Source of the DNA: an uncultured cyanobacterium
Lineage (GTDB): Bacteria > Cyanobacteriota > Cyanobacteriia > Cyanobacteriales > Nostocaceae
NCBI GenBank assembly: GCA_963706595.1
Contig: OY970166.1
Span: 4,288,001 to 4,352,000, forward strand
Direction of reading: 5' to 3'
Length of the DNA: 64,000 bases
Each line of letters opens with the position of its first letter. Position 1 is the stretch's first letter. Below, piece after piece: positions 60,499 through 64,000 of the stretch. The translations under genes and the position numbers were made by a program. The notes beneath the pieces are model-generated. The model searched no databases. It was not told the DNA's origin and was given only the letters and a program-made list of their open reading frames with translations.

Positions 60499-62313
60499 AT
60501 GACTGTGGCTATAGCATTTAAATCTGTTCAGGCATCAAAAAGACGTAGGCATTCAGTACATCCTCTTCAGCGCTTGCTTGACTACGGACACGAGTATCGG
60601 CAACAAATTTGGCTGGCTATTGTTTGTTCTATCCTGAATAAACTTTTTGATTTAGCACCACCAGCACTAATTGGGATTGCGGTGGATGTGGTAGTTCAGC
60701 AGCAGGATTCGATCATTGCTCAGTTTGGTGTTAAAGATGTCTTTGGGCAATTTTTGATTCTGTCTCTACTCACTGTGATTACTTGGATTTTAGAATCATT
60801 TTTTGAATATCGCTATAAGTTATTGTGGCGTAACTTAGGGCAGAAGATTCAGCATAATTTACGTTTGGATGCATACAAACACCTGCAAGAGTTGGAATTG
60901 GCTTATTTTGAGGAACGCAGCACAGGGGGGTTAATGTCTATCCTCAGTGATGATGTGAACCAATTAGAGCGTTTTCTAGATGTGGGCGCAAATGACATCA
61001 TTCAAGTAATCACCACTGTGGTAATTATTGGCGGGGCATTTTTTGTTTTGGCTCCTAGTATAGCTTGGATGGCAATTTTGCCGATGCCTTTTATTCTCTG
61101 GGGTTCGGTAGCTTTTCAGAAGTTGTTAGCACCACGTTATGCTGATGTCCGCGAAAAGGTAGGTTTACTCAATGGCCGTTTGTCAAATAATCTGAGTGGA
61201 ATCACTACGATTAAGAGTTTCACGGCTGAGGAGTATGAAGCCGGACGTTTAGAGTTAGAAAGTCTAGCTTATAAACAAAGTAACTCGAAAGCGATCGCAC
61301 TGTCTGCGGCTTTTATTCCGTTGATTCGGATGTTGATTTTAATCAGTTTTACAGCCTTACTCCTATTTGGTGGTATGGAAGCAGTGGCTGGGAGAATGTC
61401 TGTAGGCGCTTACAGTGTATTAATATTTTTAATCCAGCGTTTACTTTGGCCTTTAACTAGGTTAGGCGATACCTTTGATTTATATCAACGGGCGATGGCT
61501 TCTACTAATCGGGTGATGAATTTGTTGGATACTCCTTTTGCAATTCATCCCGGAAACATCGCTTTACCTGTGGATGTTGTGCGGGGGGAAGTGGAGTTTC
61601 ACAATGTCAGTTTTGCTTATCAAGATAGATTACCAGTGATGGAAAATCTGTCTTTGCGTGTGACCGCCGGAAATACAATTGCAATTGTGGGTTCTACTGG
61701 TTCGGGTAAAAGCACTTTAGTTAAACTTTTATTGCGGTTGTATGAGGTAAAATCTGGGAAAATTACCCTAGATGGGATTGCATTACCAGATTTAAATTTA
61801 CGGGATTTGCGGCGCTGTATTGGTTTGGTGAGTCAGGATGTATTTTTATTTCATGGTACGGTGGCGGAGAATATTGCTTATGGCAGCTTTGATGCTAGAG
61901 AATCAGAGATCATTACGGCGGCTAAGGTGGCTGAGGCGCATGAATTTATTATGGAACTGCCCCAAGGTTATGAGACAATTGTGGGGGAGCGTGGTCAAAA
62001 GTTATCTGGTGGACAACGACAAAGAATTGCGATCGCACGTGCAATACTCAAGAATCCGCCAATTTTGATTTTAGATGAGGCTACCTCGGCGGTGGATAAT
62101 GAAACGGAAGCGGCTATTCAGCGATCGCTCGAACGGATTACAGTAGATAGAACTACCATTGCGATCGCTCATCGTCTTTCTACTATCCGTAATGCTGATT
62201 GTATTTATGTCATGGAGCATGGGAAATTGATAGAATCAGGAACCCATGAGCAATTACTGGATAAAGACGGTATTTATGCAAGCCTCTGGCGTGTCCAAAG
62301 TGGCTTAAGATAA
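60499..62313 (+). CDS. ABC transporter, fused permease/ATP-binding protein
   Basis: TM domain; [29 protein letters not shown]. Confidence 0.92.
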   Translation: MTVAIAFKSVQASKRRRHSVHPLQRLLDYGHEYRQQIWLAIVCSILNKLFDLAPPALIGIAVDVVVQQQDSIIAQFGVKDVFGQFLILSLLTVITWILESFFEYRYKLLWRNLGQKIQHNLRLDAYKHLQELELAYFEERSTGGLMSILSDDVNQLERFLDVGANDIIQVITTVVIIGGAFFVLAPSIAWMAILPMPFILWGSVAFQKLLAPRYADVREKVGLLNGRLSNNLSGITTIKSFTAEEYEAGRLELESLAYKQSNSKAIALSAAFIPLIRMLILISFTALLLFGGMEAVAGRMSVGAYSVLIFLIQRLLWPLTRLGDTFDLYQRAMASTNRVMNLLDTPFAIHPGNIALPVDVVRGEVEFHNVSFAYQDRLPVMENLSLRVTAGNTIAIVGSTGSGKSTLVKLLLRLYEVKSGKITLDGIALPDLNLRDLRRCIGLVSQDVFLFHGTVAENIAYGSFDARESEIITAAKVAEAHEFIMELPQGYETIVGERGQKLSGGQRQRIAIARAILKNPPILILDEATSAVDNETEAAIQRSLERITVDRTTIAIAHRLSTIRNADCIYVMEHGKLIESGTHEQLLDKDGIYASLWRVQSGLR

Positions 62314-62326
62314 ATCTCACTCATTC

Positions 62327-62359
62327 AATTACGAATTACGAATTACGAATTACGAATTA
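62327..62359. repeat. STRR heptamer array (AATTACG)4
   Basis: Tandem heptamers visible directly. Confidence 0.85.
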
Positions 62360-62362
62360 TTT

Positions 62363-62791
62363 ATGATGTTTGGAAGTAGTCAACCGGAGACAGGGAATAG
62401 CAAGTGGCGCGGCCAGTTGGATAGGTTTGTGAAGGAAAATCAGCGCGATTTGGCGGCGCTTTTTTGGGGGTTGTGGTTGGAGAATGGGAATAGTCAGGGT
62501 ACTGTTGGGATTGATTTACAGCCAACTCCACATTTTATTTATTGTCCTCAAGCGGCGATAGAAGATTTAAATCAGAAGGTTGATAATCGGCTTCAGGAAA
62601 TTTTGGGTATTGTTGATCATCATAAACCTGAAATGGAAGTGGTGATGATTGGGATTGGTAAGGGTGAATTGAAGTTGATTCAGTTTGCACCTGAACCTCC
62701 TCCGCCGGTTTGTTTTGAGGAAGTGGGGAAGGATGTAAATGAGTTGTTGGAGTTGTTGGAACAGAAAATGAGTGGACAGTTCGACTTGTAA
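62363..62791 (+). CDS. ccmS: Probable beta-carboxysome assembly chaperone CcmS
   Basis: WRGQLDRFVKENQ..LAAL.WGL, GIDLQPTPHF.YCP, EPPPPVCF; matched from memory of the family. Confidence 0.65.
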   Translation: MMFGSSQPETGNSKWRGQLDRFVKENQRDLAALFWGLWLENGNSQGTVGIDLQPTPHFIYCPQAAIEDLNQKVDNRLQEILGIVDHHKPEMEVVMIGIGKGELKLIQFAPEPPPPVCFEEVGKDVNELLELLEQKMSGQFDL

Positions 62792-62838
62792 GTAATTAAT
62801 CCTTTAACTTTTTTGTTTAGCTGCTATTTCTATTTAAA

Positions 62839-63399
62839 ATGAGCCATCTGATTTCAGATATTATTCTCATTGGCCCAGTTGGTACAGGTAAAAGCACTCT
62901 GGGAAAACTCCTCGCTCAAAAGTTAGGAATTTCACAGTGTTCTATGGACGATGTACGATTGGATTATTATCAGGAAATAAATTATGATGCAGAACTCGCA
63001 CAGCAAATAAGAGAAGAAGCAGGATTTGAAGGGATTTATCGTTATTGGAAACGCTTTGAAGCCTACGCAGTGGAAAGATTACTTTCTGAACATAAAAATT
63101 GTGTGATTGATTTTGGTGCAGGACATTCTGTTTTTGAAGACAATGAACTTTTCCAGCGAGTACAAAGAGTTTTAGCGCCTTATGAAAATGTCGTGTTGAT
63201 TCTTCCTTCTCCAAATTTAGAAGAGTCTATCCAAATTCTGAATGAACGCAATGGTGGAATTGTGAGTAATGGCGTTGATTTTAACGAACATTTTGTGAAG
63301 CATCATTCAAATCATGATTTAGCCAAGTTCGTTGTTTATACAAATGGTAAATTGCCTGAAGAAACACGAGATGATATACTCAATATGATAAAAGTTTAA
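62839..63399 (+). CDS. Shikimate-kinase-like P-loop kinase
   Basis: IGPVGTGKST, IDFGAG. Confidence 0.75.
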   Translation: MSHLISDIILIGPVGTGKSTLGKLLAQKLGISQCSMDDVRLDYYQEINYDAELAQQIREEAGFEGIYRYWKRFEAYAVERLLSEHKNCVIDFGAGHSVFEDNELFQRVQRVLAPYENVVLILPSPNLEESIQILNERNGGIVSNGVDFNEHFVKHHSNHDLAKFVVYTNGKLPEETRDDILNMIKV

Positions 63400-63403
63400 A
63401 AAA

Positions 63404-63856
63404 TTACTCCTGCAAAGGCAAGACAGTAATTAAGTTAGCAAATCTGGCAAAGTCACTTGTGTTGTGAGTCAGTAGTTGAGGGATATTGTAAACTAGCATG
63501 GTGGCGACAATATTGGCATCATGAACTTGCTTACCACTGCTAGGAATTTGCTCAATGAGATTTAGTAACCTATCTGTTACCAGAGAACTATCTTCAGCTA
63601 CCCGAAAACGGGTTTGAAAATAGAGAACATCCTCAATTACTGTTGCAATGGGTAATGGGTTGGTAAATTGTTGAGTACGGGTAAGAGTAGCTAAATATTC
63701 CCGCAATATTTGTCGGCTAATCCACAAGTCCACACCCACATCATATAAACTTTGCATAGCTGATATCGCGGCTATGTGAAATGGAGACTGAATTTGACTA
63801 GCATATACTAGGATATTTGTATCTAAAAAAACAGGATTACCTTCCCCAATCACCAT
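63404..63856 (-). CDS. vapC: PIN-domain (VapC) toxin
   Basis: FLDTNILVY, QILREY, VHDANIVA, THNTSDF. Confidence 0.88.
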   Translation of the reverse strand: MVIGEGNPVFLDTNILVYASQIQSPFHIAAISAMQSLYDVGVDLWISRQILREYLATLTRTQQFTNPLPIATVIEDVLYFQTRFRVAEDSSLVTDRLLNLIEQIPSSGKQVHDANIVATMLVYNIPQLLTHNTSDFARFANLITVLPLQE

Positions 63857-64000
63857 ACATATCCTCACGTCTTAAAGAAAGATTTTCAGAACCAAGACCA
63901 CAATTATGCACGGGAAAGTTTAAAGGAGGACGCTTTTCCTGACTCTCTACTTTCTCATCTGTATATTTTTCTTCAATTACTATCACTACATGATGCTCAC
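63837..64000 (-). CDS. Putative antitoxin, 5' part outside the window
   Basis: Manual translation ...EHHVVIVIEEK...SLRREDMYGDWGR*, overlapping the PIN start. Confidence 0.65.
   Translation of the reverse strand, partial: EHHVVIVIEEKYTDEKVESQEKRPPLNFPVHNCGLGSENLSLRREDMYGDWGR

Overview
Chromosomal window from a heterocyst-forming (Nostocales-like) cyanobacterium. This is inferred from frequent HIP1 sites (GCGATCGC), STRR heptamer arrays, and cpcT, devBCA-like, bchH-like, ycf34, lrtA and ccmS-like genes. Most of the window is housekeeping and signalling genes. Notable accessory structure: (1) a ~5.3-kb tyrosine-integrase element in tRNA-Cys bounded by a 56-bp direct repeat, with dense motif arrays and no replication, capsid or conjugation genes; it is followed by the relic of a sibling element with a different arm-type motif, and a higBA-type module with three palindromic operators; (2) a 6 x 154-bp tandem amplification of the devA 3' end plus a REP-like palindrome; (3) a four-helix-bundle gene and a Doc-type TA pair, each enclosed by inverted arms of short tandem repeats, plus an empty version of the heptamer arms; (4) many nested MITEs and small repeats, some inserted in-frame in genes; (5) an HTH-NACHT island between argD and tsaB; (6) three single-base +1 frameshifts (cpdA, devB, devC) that may be sequencing errors. 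All calls were made by eye from the sequence and the ORF track; no database searches were run.
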